From Octopus bimaculoides (lineage: Eukaryota), in the NCBI RefSeq assembly GCF_001194135.2, contig NC_068982.1:61498867-61562866 (forward strand): a DNA stretch of 64,000 nt, written 5' to 3'. A program made the position numbers and the translations under genes. The notes below the pieces were generated by a model. The model did not search any database and was not told the origin of the DNA. It worked only from the letters and a program-made list of their open reading frames with translations. Positions 25,263-39,424 of the stretch are shown here, in pieces (the stretch's first letter is position 1; each line of letters begins with the position of its first letter).

Positions 25263-27397
25263 GCTGTAGAAATGAGTTTGTGATGTCACTGGTGCCAAGC
25301 TGTATTGGCCTTTGACTTTCCCTTGGATAACATCAGTGATGTGGAAAGAGGAAGCTGGTATGCATGGGGGACTGCTGGTCTTCTATAAACAACCTTGCCC
25401 AGACTTGTGCCTCAGAGGGTAACTTTCTTGATGCAATCCCATGATCATTCAATACTGAAGGGGGTCTTTACCCTTTACCTTCTTCCAGAAGGAAGTTCTA
25501 ATGAGAACTAGGGGTCCTTTACTCCCAGTAATCTACATGGTAATTAACCTATAGCTGGGACCTTAACAGATGCTATTACTCCACGTCAGAGTAGACTTGG
25601 GAACAATAGTGGCTAAAAGGTGGTTCCACACTCCTTAAAATCCCAGAACACCAATATTAGATGTAGTTTAAAGTCATATCCACGTTTTGTGAACATACAG
25701 CTTCTTTTCCTCTTCCTGCCAATAGCTTGTCAAGTTTATTCTTCCATTTAAACTGTAGTTATGTCTGTATGTGTGACACGGACAGAAAATCGCCTCTATG
25801 CAGGAATGAGTGTATGTAAGTGTGCATCATGTAATAGGCATCCATTGACTACATAATTTTTACCATCTTTACCATTCTCCTACTATCGTTTAGCAATTTC
25901 AATGTTCCTCTATCAATTTTAACTTAATTCTTCCTGTAGCTCTCTTACTCTTTCTATATGATGTAAAGTGCAATTGAAGAAATCAACCAATCAGCTATTA
26001 TTACACACACATACGTATCATCATTTTACATTTACATCGACTTTCCATGCTGGAATTGGTTAAATGGACTGTCACAATCTGACACCAAATAAGAACTATT
26101 TGGAGTTATTGCACTCCTAGATAGTTCAAATGACCATGTCTCATTCATAGTTTCATTTCTAGCATAGTTTCTGTAGTTGAATGTTCTTTCTAACACCAGC
26201 CATTTTACAGAGCATATTGGGTATGCTTTATCATATCAATATTTGTCTGATAGGTTATCATGTCCTTGGCAAGACTAAAATGTCTTCTGGACCAGATCCG
26301 CTCATTTGCCAACCACATTAAAGAGTGTACTGGGTGCATTTTATTATGGCACCAATCCTAATGAAGCTGCTTTGTATATTACAAGACTAAGAAGTTCTCC
26401 TATTCGTTATTTTTGATAGTTCAAGGCAACATGCCTGAAATAGTGACCAGAAGAGAAGGCAATGGACCAGGGTGAGATGATGAAAAAAAATGGGAGTACA
26501 ATGGAGAAAGAAGAGTGGTTGGGATGAGAAGGTGGGAGAGGAGGGAGTAATGGAAGAAAGGTAGCAATGGAAGAGAGATAGAGAGTAATAACAGGCACAT
26601 GTTTGCTTGAAAAGAAATGAGAGCAAAAGATAAGAATAGAGACAGTTGATGGTAATGATAGGATATATAGGCTATAAATAGATCCCTCATTATGCAAGCA
26701 TTCCTAACAGGAATGAGAGTTGGAGCGACAAGGATGGTAATAGTGGAATTGAATATGGATAGATCCAAAGACATCCCTCATTAGATAGGCAGCATTGTAC
26801 AATGAACAGGAGTTGAGTGATAAACAGATGAGAGGCATCAAAGATGCAGGGATCAGTGGATGGACACTTAATAGGAATATAATGGGTGAGAGACCCAAAT
26901 ATAGATATATCATACATCCTTGCTTTCATCACTACCACCATTTTAAGCAGATGTCTTGTGTGGGACATCCAATTAGCAACTCATTTGCTCCATCCTACAT
27001 GCTTAATACTGCATCCATGACTGAATAAGATAAGTCACAGAAATATTTCAATCAGTGGCTTTTGAGACATTTGTTAGATGCTGGAGGTTGATATAGAAAT
27101 TTTCGATTTTGTAAGTGACCTGCCTCAATGAAATAGATAATGCCTGAGTGTGTCTGGCTATGGTTACAGCACTTCAGCATGCCTGCTGTAAAACTGAAAA
27201 ACACAAGTTTTTTTTTCCTGAAACAATGTATGATTGAATGAGTATGTGCATGCCTCCATTTTGATAGTTTATTTACTGATTTCTTTTTTCTCCATTTTCT
27301 TAGTTTACTTTTGTAATAATATTCTTTTCACTGAATTATTGGTAATAATGATTATCAGTTGAAACTAAAAAGAAATGTTTAAGAGAAAGTAAATTAA

Positions 27398-27765
27398 GGC
27401 GTAGGAGTGGCTGTGTGGTAAGTAGCTAGCTTACGAACCACATGGTACCTTGAGCAAATGTCTTCTACTGTAGCCTCGGGCCGACCAAAGCCTTGTGAGT
27501 GGATTTGGTAGACGGAAACTGAAAGAAGTCCGTTGTATATATGTATGTGTGTGCATATGTTTGTGTGTCTGTGTTTGTCCCCCCAGCATTGCTTGACAAC
27601 TGATGCTGGTGTGTTTACATCTCCATAACTTAGCGGTTCGGCAAAGAGACCGATAGAATAAGTACTAGGCGATAGAATAAGTCCTGGAGTCGATTTGCTC
27701 GACTAAAGGCGGTGCTCCAGCATGGCCACAGTCAAATGACTGAAACAAATAAGAGTAAAAGAGTA
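27398..27765 (+). mobile_element. tRNA-derived SINE family B (internal deletion in the head)
   Basis: ggcgtaggagtggctgtgtggtaag...gtagacggaaactgaaagaag...(TG/TA)n...gactaaaggcggtgctccagcatggcc...aagtaaaagagta. Confidence 0.85.
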
Positions 27766-28141
27766 CTTTTAATTATATTTGTAACAAAATGAACAAGTGC
27801 ACAACTCAGTTTTCGTTCTATTATGATAACTTGTGAAAAGTTACAAGAAATATCAAAAGGTGCAAACAAGACTACTCTCTTGAAGATACGATGCTTTGTT
27901 TGTGATGATCTCTAATTAATTTTTTTTTAATTTCAAAACAAAAGGTGGGTCAGTGGTTGTCAGAATCTGTGTCACAGGCAAATTAAATATCTTCTAGTTA
28001 TGTAGTTATGCTTCTTTAAGTTCTGAGTTAGATCCTGTTGAGAGCAATTTTACCTTCCATCATTCCAGGGATCTATAAAATACAGATATTGGTACAATCT
28101 AATCACCTGTGCTCACCTTCAAGATGTGTGGGAATGTAGGC

Positions 28142-28959
28142 ATAACTACACAAGTGCCCACCCATCAGCTTTGTTTCTTCATAACTTTCTGAGAAATGGA
28201 TATTTTGAAATGAAATTTTCTACAAATACATTTCACCAGGTGTAAATTTCGATTATATCGGAATTTGCTGTGAATTTTTTCAGAGGTAGGTGTGAGAGTT
28301 GTTTCACATAATTCGACTTTATTTCCTCGTATATTTCGGAAAGTTGAGTATTTTTTTAATGAAATTTTCTAGATACTTTTATATTACGATTATAACGGAA
28401 TTTAATGTGGAAAAGAAAAAGAAAGAAAACGGGAAGACAATATTTTACGCATCTCGACTTTATTTCCTCATACGTTTTGATGATGTATGTAGATTACAGT
28501 TATGTCGAAAAAATACCTCTGGGAACTATTCCATCCCTTTCTCTTTTAGAATTTAAGTGAATATCCTTTAATAAACTTAAATTTTCCAGAGATACGGCAT
28601 AAGTTTTTTTATATCTATAAAATATGAATTATATATATATATAAAGTTTTTTTATATATATAAAATATGAATTTGGCCGGGAAAATTTCATTATTCATTT
28701 AACAATTTCCACAAAGGAAAAAGTTATTTTTTTTTTAGCATAATTGTAATCTACAAACAGGAAACAAAGCCAGCGTGTGTGAAGTAACTGAAACTTGTCT
28801 CACTCCCCGCAACTCGCAAAGAAATTCTTCACAACAAATTCCGATATAGGAGTAATCTACAACTTCTGAAACGAATTAATGGAAAATTTCTTCGAAAAAT
28901 ATCCATTTTTCTGGAAGTTATGAGGAAACAAAGTAGCAGGTGGGGGCGCGCAGTTACGT
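28142..28959. mobile_element. Non-autonomous DNA transposon with about 70-bp imperfect TIRs
   Basis: left ataactacacaagtgcccacccatcagctttgtttcttcataactttctgagaaatggatatt vs reverse complement of right gtaactgcgcgcccccacctgctactttgtttcctcataacttccagaaaaatggatatt. Confidence 0.55.
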
Positions 28960-29249
28960 ATTTATGCCGGAATGTGCATCTTTTGATATCATTTCAAAGT
29001 CAAACCAAATAGGATTAAATATCTTGTGGCATCGATTTAATAGACAGTTTTTTTTTTTTATTTCAACCGAGTTTGTTCCTGCGTTTCATCTTTGCAGGTG
29101 GTGATAAAATAAAATAGCTAACACGAACCGAACGAGACGTAACGAAATATATACATTCCCAAAACGTGGTTTGTTGGACAATGACGTAAACTACCGAACA
29201 TTACCGATCTATGTCACCGGAAGTTGTATTAATGCTCATCAGCGACATG
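28960..29249 (+). promoter_or_regulatory. Candidate housekeeping promoter and first exon (likely SUGP1)
   Basis: CpG-rich against CpG-poor flanks; CRE-like TGACGTAA at 29182-29189, ETS site CCGGAAGT at 29217-29224, then ATG (29247-29249) followed directly by donor GTTAGT. Confidence 0.5.
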
Positions 29250-29442
29250 GTTAGTACGCTGATCTTATTGCCTGGTTGACCACTTTATTATTATTATTAT
29301 ATCTACTACTATAATAAATATTATTGTTGGGTTGGTGGAGTTGATTCATATCATATAGACCTTCAACTCTTTAGAAGTACATACAAAACGAACTGTCCAG
29401 TTTCTTTGTTGCTCAAATCTTCCTTTCCTGTTTACCTCTTAG

Positions 29443-29454
29443 GATATGTTTAAC
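29443..29454 (+). other. Candidate 12-nt microexon in the 5' leader
   Basis: tcttcctttcctgtttacctcttag|gatatgtttaac|gtgagt, with a strong acceptor and donor. Confidence 0.55.
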
Positions 29455-31260
29455 GTGAGTACAACATACACATCTACATAAACACACACACACACACGTG
29501 TGTGTATGTGCATATATATATATATGTGTGTGTGTGTATGCTTTAATTTGTTTTAATTCTATTTTTAAAATGTATTTTCCCTGTCGCTGTTCTAAAAATG
29601 TTTTCTTCCTTCTCTTTCTGCCAATGTTTTAATTATTTTAATTTGTTTGTTAAATATAAATTCATATTCCAGATTTTTTTTTATATATAAATTGCCGCGG
29701 TACAAAAAGACAAACAAAAAAAAAACTGAACTATCGTGGTGACAGGAAAATTAAAAATAAAGTATATTGAGCTGCATTAATACATTCACTTCGATGTATA
29801 TTTTATTAGCAAAGACAGTGTTTCCTGTAATTCTTTTTCTAATTTTGTGATATTTTATAATAATAATAATAGTAGTTGTTGAGCTCAGATCTATCTTGAT
29901 TACGAAGGCGTTCCAACCATAATCATCCCTACTTTTTGTACATCTAGGTCTGCATATTGGGTGGTTGGCATTTCAGTTATAAAATCAAGGATCATTGTTC
30001 TGTCTGATATATATATAATTATTATTGGCAATAGCATCAGTAAAGGCATGAATGCCCTAACCTACCTCCTCTCCCTCGCTATCAATCTGGAACTTAGGTA
30101 ATTTATTCTCAATTCCGTTATGCTTCTTGCTATCTGATAAATTATTTTACCGTTGGAAATGTTCAGGTATTTCTGAGCATATACACACGTATTATCGGTG
30201 TCTTCGAAGAAAGAACTATTAGAAACCAAAACTCGCCTCACGACACAACACGAAATTAATATTTATCCTTTTTTTTATCCGACGCAGACTCTGACTGTTT
30301 TTCTCGGATTCTAATTTTTCTGTTTATTCACACTACTTTACCATCTGCTGCTATTTTCAGTTCTGTAATAAGCAAATTCTCTATTCACTGATATTATTTT
30401 GCACTACCTTTGTTGAGAAAATTCAACTTATGTGGGCGACCTATTCCAGACATCCACCAATATTTTGCCGAGGTCGATTTTTACCATTCATTCTGCAGGC
30501 TACATGTCGATTTAACGGACAAACCCCTCCCCCCAAAGAAATTTATAGATCTGTTTCTGGTAGAAATTATTTTAAAAAAAAACCCTACACTTCTGGAACA
30601 AAAAGCCAAAAGGAGCTTCTATCTATATAGTTACTCAGCCTGCTTACAATAGCAACCAGATTTCCCTCAGTAACATACTATCGTTTTGCATAACAAAAGG
30701 ACACGTTGGACCTCCATACTCTCTGCTCGGTCAGGATTTGGCTTGGAGCTTTAAAAGTAAATTTCTCTTGTTTTCCACTTTACGCTTATCTCTATCAGTA
30801 AGGTGATGTATTTTTTTAAATTGCAAACATCTTGTTTTAGAAATTAATAACTTTACAAAGTACAGATGAACTTTTTTACTTGCTTAATCTCGAAAAAATA
30901 TGTTGCTATAGTGAGTGAGCAGATCGAAAACTGGTGTTTTATATATTATGGTACAGTCAGTAACGAAAATATCTCTATGGAGGTTTTCTATTAAATACCA
31001 CGCGTTTTTTTTATTTTTAATTTTTTTGTTGGTCTGAAATTGATTTAAATAACCTACCTTTTTGTATTGATTGTTTAAACAAAGAGCTCCTGATCTACCT
31101 GGCCTATAATCAAAAGCGAACCATCTTTTTTTTTAGATATTGTATATATCTGAAACATTAACCAGATTGTCTTTCTTTTACTCTAAAACAGTAAGATATA
31201 TAATTTTGTTGTTGTCTAAGAAGAGTCATCATGCCAATATATATATATATAACACACACT

Positions 31261-31423
31261 GGTTCAATTCCACTCACTTACTAAATATCCGATTTTTCTT
31301 GTTTTTGTCCAAGCTCTTTCGTTACATTTTTGCAACCTTCTCAGTGACTTTGCAAAAAGTCAACGAAAGAGCTTTGACAAAAACAAGAAAAATCGGATAT
31401 TTAATAATGGGTGGAATTGAGCC
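31261..31423. repeat. 163-bp foldback palindrome (MITE-like)
   Basis: perfect 28-bp arms 31282-31309/31376-31403, plus 13-bp arms 31311-31323/31362-31374 and terminal ggttcaattccac/gtggaattgagcc. Confidence 0.85.
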
Positions 31424-32665
31424 TGTGTGTGTGTGTGTGTTCCTTACATTGACATGACTCTCTCTGGATACAAAAATTTGTTTCAACACACGAATTCACA
31501 TGAATCTTACAAATCATATAAAAATAAAACGAAGATATTATTAAATGGTGCTTTAGCTGCCATTTCTGGCAGGATCGCGTAGCGGCTCCCTCGTTGGTCA
31601 AGATCGCTTAACGACAAATATGGATCGATTCTGGCATAGGGTTAGGAAACAAATTTAGGACTGTTTTCTAAGCAGGTTTTTAATGCATAATTCAACTGGA
31701 TAGGACACCCTGTGGCTCACCATATATGCAAAGTTATACTCTCTTTTTATTTACAATTCATTCAATGTATTTCTCAGAATGTGATAGATTAACCTTCCAT
31801 ACGACACAAAGCTGCCGCCCATCACACAAAGACACGTGTGTGTGTTTTGTAAAGCGTTAATTTCTGTTTTCGTAATTACTATATATAAATATTATATACA
31901 ACATGAGAAGGCGGCCAGCTGGCAGAATCGTTAGCATGCCGGACAAAATGCTAAGTAGCATTTCGTCCGTTTGTACGTTCTGAGTTCAAATTCCGCCGAG
32001 GTCCAATTTGCCTTTCATGCTTTCGGGATCGATAAAATAAGTACCAGTTACGCACTGCAGTCGACGTAATCGCCCTGCCTCCTCCCCCGAATTGCTGACC
32101 TTGTGCCAAAATTTAAAGCCAGTATATATCCTATTAGGTTGAGACAGTGGGCACCTTACTTTGTAGTGTCTCTATGTTTATATTTTACTTGTTTCAGTAA
32201 TTGAACTGTGGCCTTGCTGGGTCACCGCCATGAATTTTAGTAGAATGAATCAACCCCAATACTTTTTTCTTTTTAGCCAAATCGCTAAGTTAGGGGATGT
32301 AAACACATTGACACCAGTTGTCAAGTGGTGGGGGTGGGGAACAGGCACAAAGACATCCATACGTGGAAGTCTGGAAAGGAATTTGTAAATTTTATTTTCT
32401 AGAATGTAGCATATGTGAATTCAAAGATTCAGTCTTCAGTGATGTGGTAAAGCTTACAAGGCTACAAAAGTTTGGGAAGAGATTAGTTCCACCTCATCCA
32501 ATACTTGATTGTTATTTAATTTATCAACTCAGCAAGGGTGAAATCAGTCAATCCCGACAGAATTTTAACTTATTTTGATCAACCCTGAAAGGATGAAAGG
32601 CTAAAATGACCTTGACAGGATTTGAACTCAAAATGTAAAGACCTGAGAAAAAAAATCGCAGCATA

Positions 32666-33072
32666 GGCGTAGGAGTGGCTGTGTGGTAAGTAGCTTGCTT
32701 ACCAACCACATGGTTCCGGGTTCAGTCCCACTGTGTGGCACCTTGGGCAAGTGTCTTCTACTATAGCCTCAGGCCAACCAAAGCCTTGTGAGTGGATGTG
32801 GTAGACGGAAACTGAAAGAAGCCCGTCGTATATATGTATGTATATATTTATATGTGTGTGTGTATATATGTTTGTGTCTGTGTTTGTCCCCCCAACATCG
32901 CTTGACAACCGATGGTGGTGTGTTTACGTCCCCGTAACTTAGTGGTTCGGCAAAAGAGACTGACAGAATAAGTACTAGGCTTCCAAAGAATAAGTCCTGG
33001 GGTCGATTTGCTCGACTAAAGGCAGTGCTCCAGCATGGCCACAGTCAAATGACTGAAACAAGTAAAAGAGTA
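32666..33072 (+). mobile_element. SINE family B, full length
   Basis: A box tggctgtgtgg, B box ggttcagtccc, consensus tail; degenerate copies at about 33310-33690(+), 36297-36681(-), 37623-37952(-), 60640-60990(+). Confidence 0.9.
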
Positions 33073-36000
33073 TTTATATATAAATTTATTAGAAGCTCAA
33101 CTCACTGCCCTACTACCAATAACCAAAGAGCAAGCATCGATATAATTGCTTGACCTGCTACAACTAATGGACAGATCTTAAATGACATGCTACTCTCTTG
33201 AAAAAGAAAGCATACATTGTATAATAGTTGTAAATATATATTAAAAAAAAAAACACTGGATAGTTATTGTTGGAATGCCTTCGATCATAAATCTGCTCAT
33301 AACCACAGACGTGGCTATGTGGTAAGAAGTTTGCTTCTCAACTACATGGTTCTGAGTCCAGTCCCTCTGCATGGCACCTTAGATAAGTGTCTTCTCGAGC
33401 TTCAGCCCAACCAAGGCTTTGTGAGCAGATTTGGTAGACAAACTGAAAGAAGCTCATCATTTGTGCATGTGTGTGTGTGTCTTTGTGTCTGTGTTTGTTT
33501 CCCATCACCACTAGACAACTGGTGTTAGTGTGTTTATGTCCCTGTAACAGTTTGGCAAAAGAGGCCAATAGAATAAGTATTAAACTTTTAAAAAAATAAG
33601 TACTGAAGTCGATTCATTTGACTAAAATTCTTCAAGGCAGTGCCCCAGCATGGCTGCTGTCTAATAACTGAAACAAATAAAACAAAGAGTCGGGCCAACC
33701 CTGGAGTTAACAATATGTGATGGCAAAAACAAAAGAAAAATATTAAATCAAATGTAAAACAAATCATTATCTCCAAACATTTTCTTGGTTTCGTTTCTGA
33801 ATATCTTGAAATATTGATGTTAATATTGTACCAATGTTTTTGACGGCTAACTTTGTAAAAGTTCTTGTGTTTAAATGTCATACTAAATTTTATACTTAAT
33901 ATTGTTGGATGCATATTCATTGATTTCTTCTTTCGATAAGATCTTTTGTTTATCTCAGCAACTCAGACTTAAAGTCTGAAGACAACCTTGGTACTTCCTT
34001 TGCTAGTAGCAGTTAAGCTATGTTACAAAGCTGATCTAATTAGATGTGGAGAGAAGCACCACATGATTAGTGTCAATGGATGGAAGAGGTTTAGAAACCT
34101 GTGGGCTGGACAGTGATATATGTTGAGTATAATGTCGTATATTAACATATAAATGATGGAATACTGATTGTTGTTTCTTAGTCCTAGATTAGTGCTGCCT
34201 AAATATGTGTATGGTCAAAATATGTTCAGACCATGATGAACTTATTTCTCAGGCATTTCATACTTTGGAGTAACTACATTATCCAACTAGACTTATTGTT
34301 ATGTGTAGGATCCTGTAACAAGTCATCTATTGATTTGTTGAAATTTTGAAATATGGATGTTGATTGTGAGTAAATATATGATGCATATCATTATCAGATG
34401 TTTCTTTGTTTTTGTTTTTTTTACAGTGATGTTGAAGATTATTATTAAGGAATTTCTCAAGAATTGCTTGGGACATGGTCATTAGATCTAACTACAAAAA
34501 TTTAGGTCTTATAGTTGAAATGACATATTGTAGAATGTGGAGATTCATAGTCTTAATGCTTTCTATAAAAAATGAGACTGACTGCCATGATTTGAATGGC
34601 TGTCTATATTTCTCATTTACTGCATTCAGTTAATGAGAAACTCAAATCTCTTGGTAATTGGTATAAATTTATGTAGTTGAAAGAAAATAGCTCTTTATAT
34701 TAAGATAAATTCTGTAGCAAATGATTTTTTTTTATTACCATGATGTGAATGGCTGTCTATATGTTTTTCATTTCCTGCGTCCAGAGCATAAAAAAACTCA
34801 AATCTCTTGGAGATTGGTATAAATTGGTGTAGTGGAAAGAAAACAGCTGTTTATATTAAGATAAATTCCATGCAAAAATATTTTTTCTCTAACATTGATT
34901 TATTTCTAAGTTTTTTAAAGTGTTGAAATTGTAAAATAAGTGTTCTGTAGAAATGTCTACCTACTTATGATTTGTAGATAAAGAATTGAGATTGTAATAC
35001 TTTTCACAACAATTGGTTGACATTAATCCCAGAAAGCTGAAAAGCAAAAATTAGTTTAGACAGGGTTAGAACTTATAATGCTTAACAGCATTTCATCTGT
35101 CTTTACATTCTGAGTTCAATTTCCACCAAGGTTGACTTTGCCTTTCATCCTTTCGGGGTCAATTAAATAAGTGCCAGTTGAACACTGGGGTTGATCTAAT
35201 CAACTTATCACCTCCCTGAAGTTGTTGGCCTTGTGCCAAAACTTGAAACCAATATAATATGAATTATTTTGCTCTATGCCCTACTGATTTTACTATCCAA
35301 CTCTTAAACATTTTATTGAATACAGTAAAATATTCAAATAAGAGATGCAGCTAAACAACTCTCTTTCTCCATATTGTCTTTGAGAGAAAAAATCCTGCTG
35401 GGATTATTTACTTTTAATGAATCATTTCATATTTGTTGCTAAAGTGCAGTTTTTTTGTTTTTTTTCTAAAATATTAATTCAGGAGTGAATAGTATATCCT
35501 TTCAGACGAGATACTGATGCAGTTGATTCCAACCTTCACAATCTGCAAAAAGATTGGTTAAGTCTGAATGGTTGCTCTAGTGAATGCTTTTGAAACCACC
35601 AAAGGACAAGGTGGTAGTTTGTTATACATGAACATCATCATCATCATCATCATTTAGTGTCCATTTTCCATGCTGGAATGCAGACAGGTTGACTGGAGAT
35701 AGGAAGCTGAAGAGCTGCAGCAGGCTCCAGTCTGTTTTGGCTTGGTTTCTACAGCTGGATGCTCTTCCTAATGCCAACCACTCCACAGAGTATGCTGGGT
35801 GCTATTATACTGTCAATTCCATTCTTAACTAATTTTTCTCATAAGTTAGTGAAAGGATATGGAGCAAGGACATGGGCCTACAAAACTGATGTGAGTAATC
35901 TGTTAAACATTCGTAGGTCAATATCTATCAGTATGAGATGTTTGAGAAGTTGGCTGGGTGCATTCCAGAGAGTATCAATTCTGGGTAGTGACACTTTCTC

Positions 36001-36980
36001 TACAGAATGTTTTGTGAAGAATCTGGGATGTGAAGACGCATGGTAATAGTTGGAGAGAGTCTGCAGTTATTTAGTTTTAGAGGAACATTGGCAAAGAGAG
36101 AAGACGATGAGAAGGCAAATGGTTGGTCAGTGAATTATTAATAATCAGCCAAATGGCATTGTTTGGGATGTTGTCCAGAATGTTTGTGTAAACAGCAGTA
36201 ACTGTCTCATGTGTGAGAGCAAACAGACTGATCTAAGTTCTAGTGTATGTTGGATGAATTACACATGTTCATAATTTTTTATATAAAAAACTAATTTGTT
36301 TCATTCTTGTGTCAATCATTAGACTGTGGCCATGCTGGGGCACTGCCTTGAAGAAATTTATTTGAACACATCAACTGCAGTATCTTTTTTTTTTTTTTAA
36401 GCCTGATACTTTTTCTATCACATTTTTTTGCCAAACTGCTAAATTATGGAGAAGTAAATACACCAACACCAATAGTTAAGCAGTGATGAACGACAAACAC
36501 ATACACACACACACACACATGACAGGCTTATTTCAGTTTTTGTCTACCAAATCCTCTCACAAAGCTTTGGTTGGCCTGAAGCTATAGTAGAAAACACTTG
36601 ACCAGGGTGCCACATAGTGGGACTGAACTTGGAAACATGGTTGGGAGGCAAACGTCTTTCCACACAGCCATGCCTGTGCCTAACTTTTGAAAATAAGAAT
36701 TTTAATCTCTGGAGTTAGTTCTATGATACAAAACCTTACTGTTTTAAAAAATGTATATATAAATTAAAATCTACATTCATGATTTCATGTAAAAACATTT
36801 TTGTTGATTCATATTGTGAACCTCAGCTGAATATTGGAAAAAGTAGTTACCTTACTAAATCTTTTAAAACTCTTGATTATTTTCAAAATTAGTGAAATTC
36901 ATAGGCAATGTATTTCATGTGAAATCTGCTTAAAAAGGGTTAATAAAAATTTAAATAAATCTCCTGTACTTCAATTTTAG

Positions 36981-37008
36981 GGCACGCTAGATTTACTATT
37001 ATTTTCAT
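36981..37008 (+). other. Candidate 28-nt 5' UTR exon of SUGP1
   Basis: ctcctgtacttcaattttag|ggcacgctagatttactattattttcat|gtaagt. Confidence 0.4.
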
Positions 37009-38194
37009 GTAAGTTATGTACAAGTAACTTTATTGGTTTGATATCTTCTGGCTAACTTTCATACTGCACTGGTACGAGAGAGAAACCAGAGGTGTAAGCA
37101 TTAGGGGTCAGGACTATAAATGACCTTTACATTAAAGTGCTACTAAAATACAATGTTCTTAGCATTTGTGGATACAACTGAAATTGTTCAGGAAGACATG
37201 GGATGAGTTGGCGAAATACGATCTTCGGTTGTTGAGTCTTGCAGAGGTGATGACAAGCGACCAAGACACCTGGTGATTTGCTGTACTTGAGAGGACTTGT
37301 CAAGCTAAGTAAAATCGTGCTCATGGCCAGTGACGATGACACATAAAAGACACCCAGTACACTCTGTAAAGTTGTTGGCATTAGGAAGGGCATCTAGTCA
37401 TAGAAATCAAACCAAAACAGACAACTGGAGACTATGGCAGCTCTCCAGCTTACCCATGCCAGCATGGAAAATGGACATTAAATATTGACGATGTGTACTG
37501 TCAGTTGAAACACAATTGATTTTTAAAAAAAGGTTTTCATTTATTAGAAGAAGGGAAGTGTTGTTTTTCATAAATACCAGTCTCTAGGATATCAATGTTA
37601 AGTATTAAAAAAATTTATCTTTTAACTGTTTCGCTCATGAGACTATGGCCATGCTGGGACACCACCGTGAAGAACTTTTAGTCAAATGACTCGACCCCAG
37701 GACCTGTTTGTTTGTTTATTTTTTCTAAAACCTAGTACTTATTCTATCAAACTGCTAAGTTACAAGGATGTAAACAAACCAACACAGTTTGTTAACCAGT
37801 GGTGGGGGGGGGGCAAACATAGGTACAGACACATACACACATACAAGGGGCTTCTTTCAGTTTCTGTCTATTAAATCCACTCACAAGGCTTTGGTTGGCC
37901 TGAGGCTATAGTAGGTACTACTCAGTGGGACTGAACCCAGAACCATGTGGTTGAGTGATGAGTTTTAGAGAAACTGTTTTGATGGAGAGGAATCTTTTTA
38001 ACCCTTTAGCATTCAGATTACTCTGTCAAAAGTTATACTTATTTATTCAGTTTTCAAAATTTCTATGATGTGATTGTTTATTTTTGGTATGACATTCTAG
38101 GGTTGGTGTAAGTGACTAAATCTGATCAGTTTGAACATAAAATAGAATATTTTGGCCAGATATGGCTCTTAAGGGCATTAGTATATAAAGTTTA

Positions 38195-39389
38195 CTAGCA
38201 GAAATACCCGGCGTTGCCCGGGTTAAAGAGAATAATGAAATCTAAAAACGCCGTCTAGACTACGCATCATCTTTATATATAGAGATGTATATACACACAC
38301 GCACCCAAACACACGTATATATATATGTATATCAATATAAATATATGAAAGTCAATGAAGTTTCGTAAAAGAAGGTGATCATGTACATACTTTCTTGCTG
38401 TTGTGATTATAACACCTCATTGTAAACTATGTTCCTTGTTTTCCCTTGTGGAGCATATACAAATAGGTTTTTTGTTGCTACCCACTCTTGAGCAGCCAAC
38501 ATACAGTTGTCCATGTGAGAAGCAGNNNNNNNNNNNNNNNNNNNNNNNNNNNNNNNNNNNNNNNNNNNNNNNNNNNNNNNNNNNNNNNNNNNNNNNNNNN
38601 NNNNNNNNNNNNNNNNNNNNNNNNNNNNNNNNNNNNNNNNNNNNNNNNNNNNNNNNNNNNNNNNNNNNNNNNNNNNNNNNNNNNNNNNNNNNNNNNNNNN
38701 NNNNNNNNNNNNNNNNNNNNNNNNNNNNNNNNNNNNNNNNNNNNNNNNNNNNNNNNNNNNNNNNNNNNNNNNNNNNNNNNNNNNNNNNNNNNNNNNNNNN
38801 NNNNNNNNNNNNNNNNNNNNNNNNNNNNNNNNNNNNNNNNNNNNNNNNNNNNNNNNNNNNNNNNNNNNNNNNNNNNNNNNNNNNNNNNNNNNNNNNNNNN
38901 NNNNNNNNNNNNNNNNNNNNNNNNNNNNNNNNNNNNNNNNNNNNNNNNNNNNNNNNNNNNNNNNNNNNNNNNNNNNNNNNNNNNNNNNNNNNNNNNNNNN
39001 NNNNNNNNNNNNNNNNNNNNNNNNNNNNNNNNNNNNNNNNNNNNNNNNNNNNNNNNNNNNNNNNNNNNNNNNNNNNNNNNNNNNNNNNNNNNNNNNNNNN
39101 NNNNNNNNNNNNNNNNNNNNNNNNNNNNNNNNNNNNNNNNNNNNNNNNNNNNNNNNNNNNNNNNNNNNNNNNNNNNNNNNNNNNNNNNNNNNNNNNNNNN
39201 NNNNNNNNNNNNNNNNNNNNNNNNNNNNNNNNNNNNNNNNNNNNNNNNNNNNNNNNNNNNNNNNNNNNNNNNNNNNNNNNNNNNNNNNNNNNNNNNNNNN
39301 NNNNNNNNNNNNNNNNNNNNNNNNNNNNNNNNNNNNNNNNNNNNNNNNNNNNNNNNNNNNNNNNNNNNNNNNNNNNNNNNNNATATACA

Positions 39390-39424
<35 letters not shown>

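Noticed and set aside
26387-27028. Cluster of overlapping ORFs on both strands
   Set aside because: A purine/pyrimidine-skewed low-complexity stretch that suppresses stops; no protein motif or splice chain.
29265-29285. cctggttga, resembling the 18S rRNA 5' end
   Set aside because: The match is only 9 nt and the downstream sequence is unrelated to rRNA.
31448-31563. Two-exon minus-strand start MAAKAPFNNIFVLFLYDL-ESHVN
   Set aside because: It requires a 47-nt intron, probably too short; kept only as part of the antisense-unit finding.
32666-32745. tRNA-like sequence with A and B boxes
   Set aside because: It is a SINE head continuing into the SINE body, with no complete cloverleaf; no genuine tRNA gene was found in the window.
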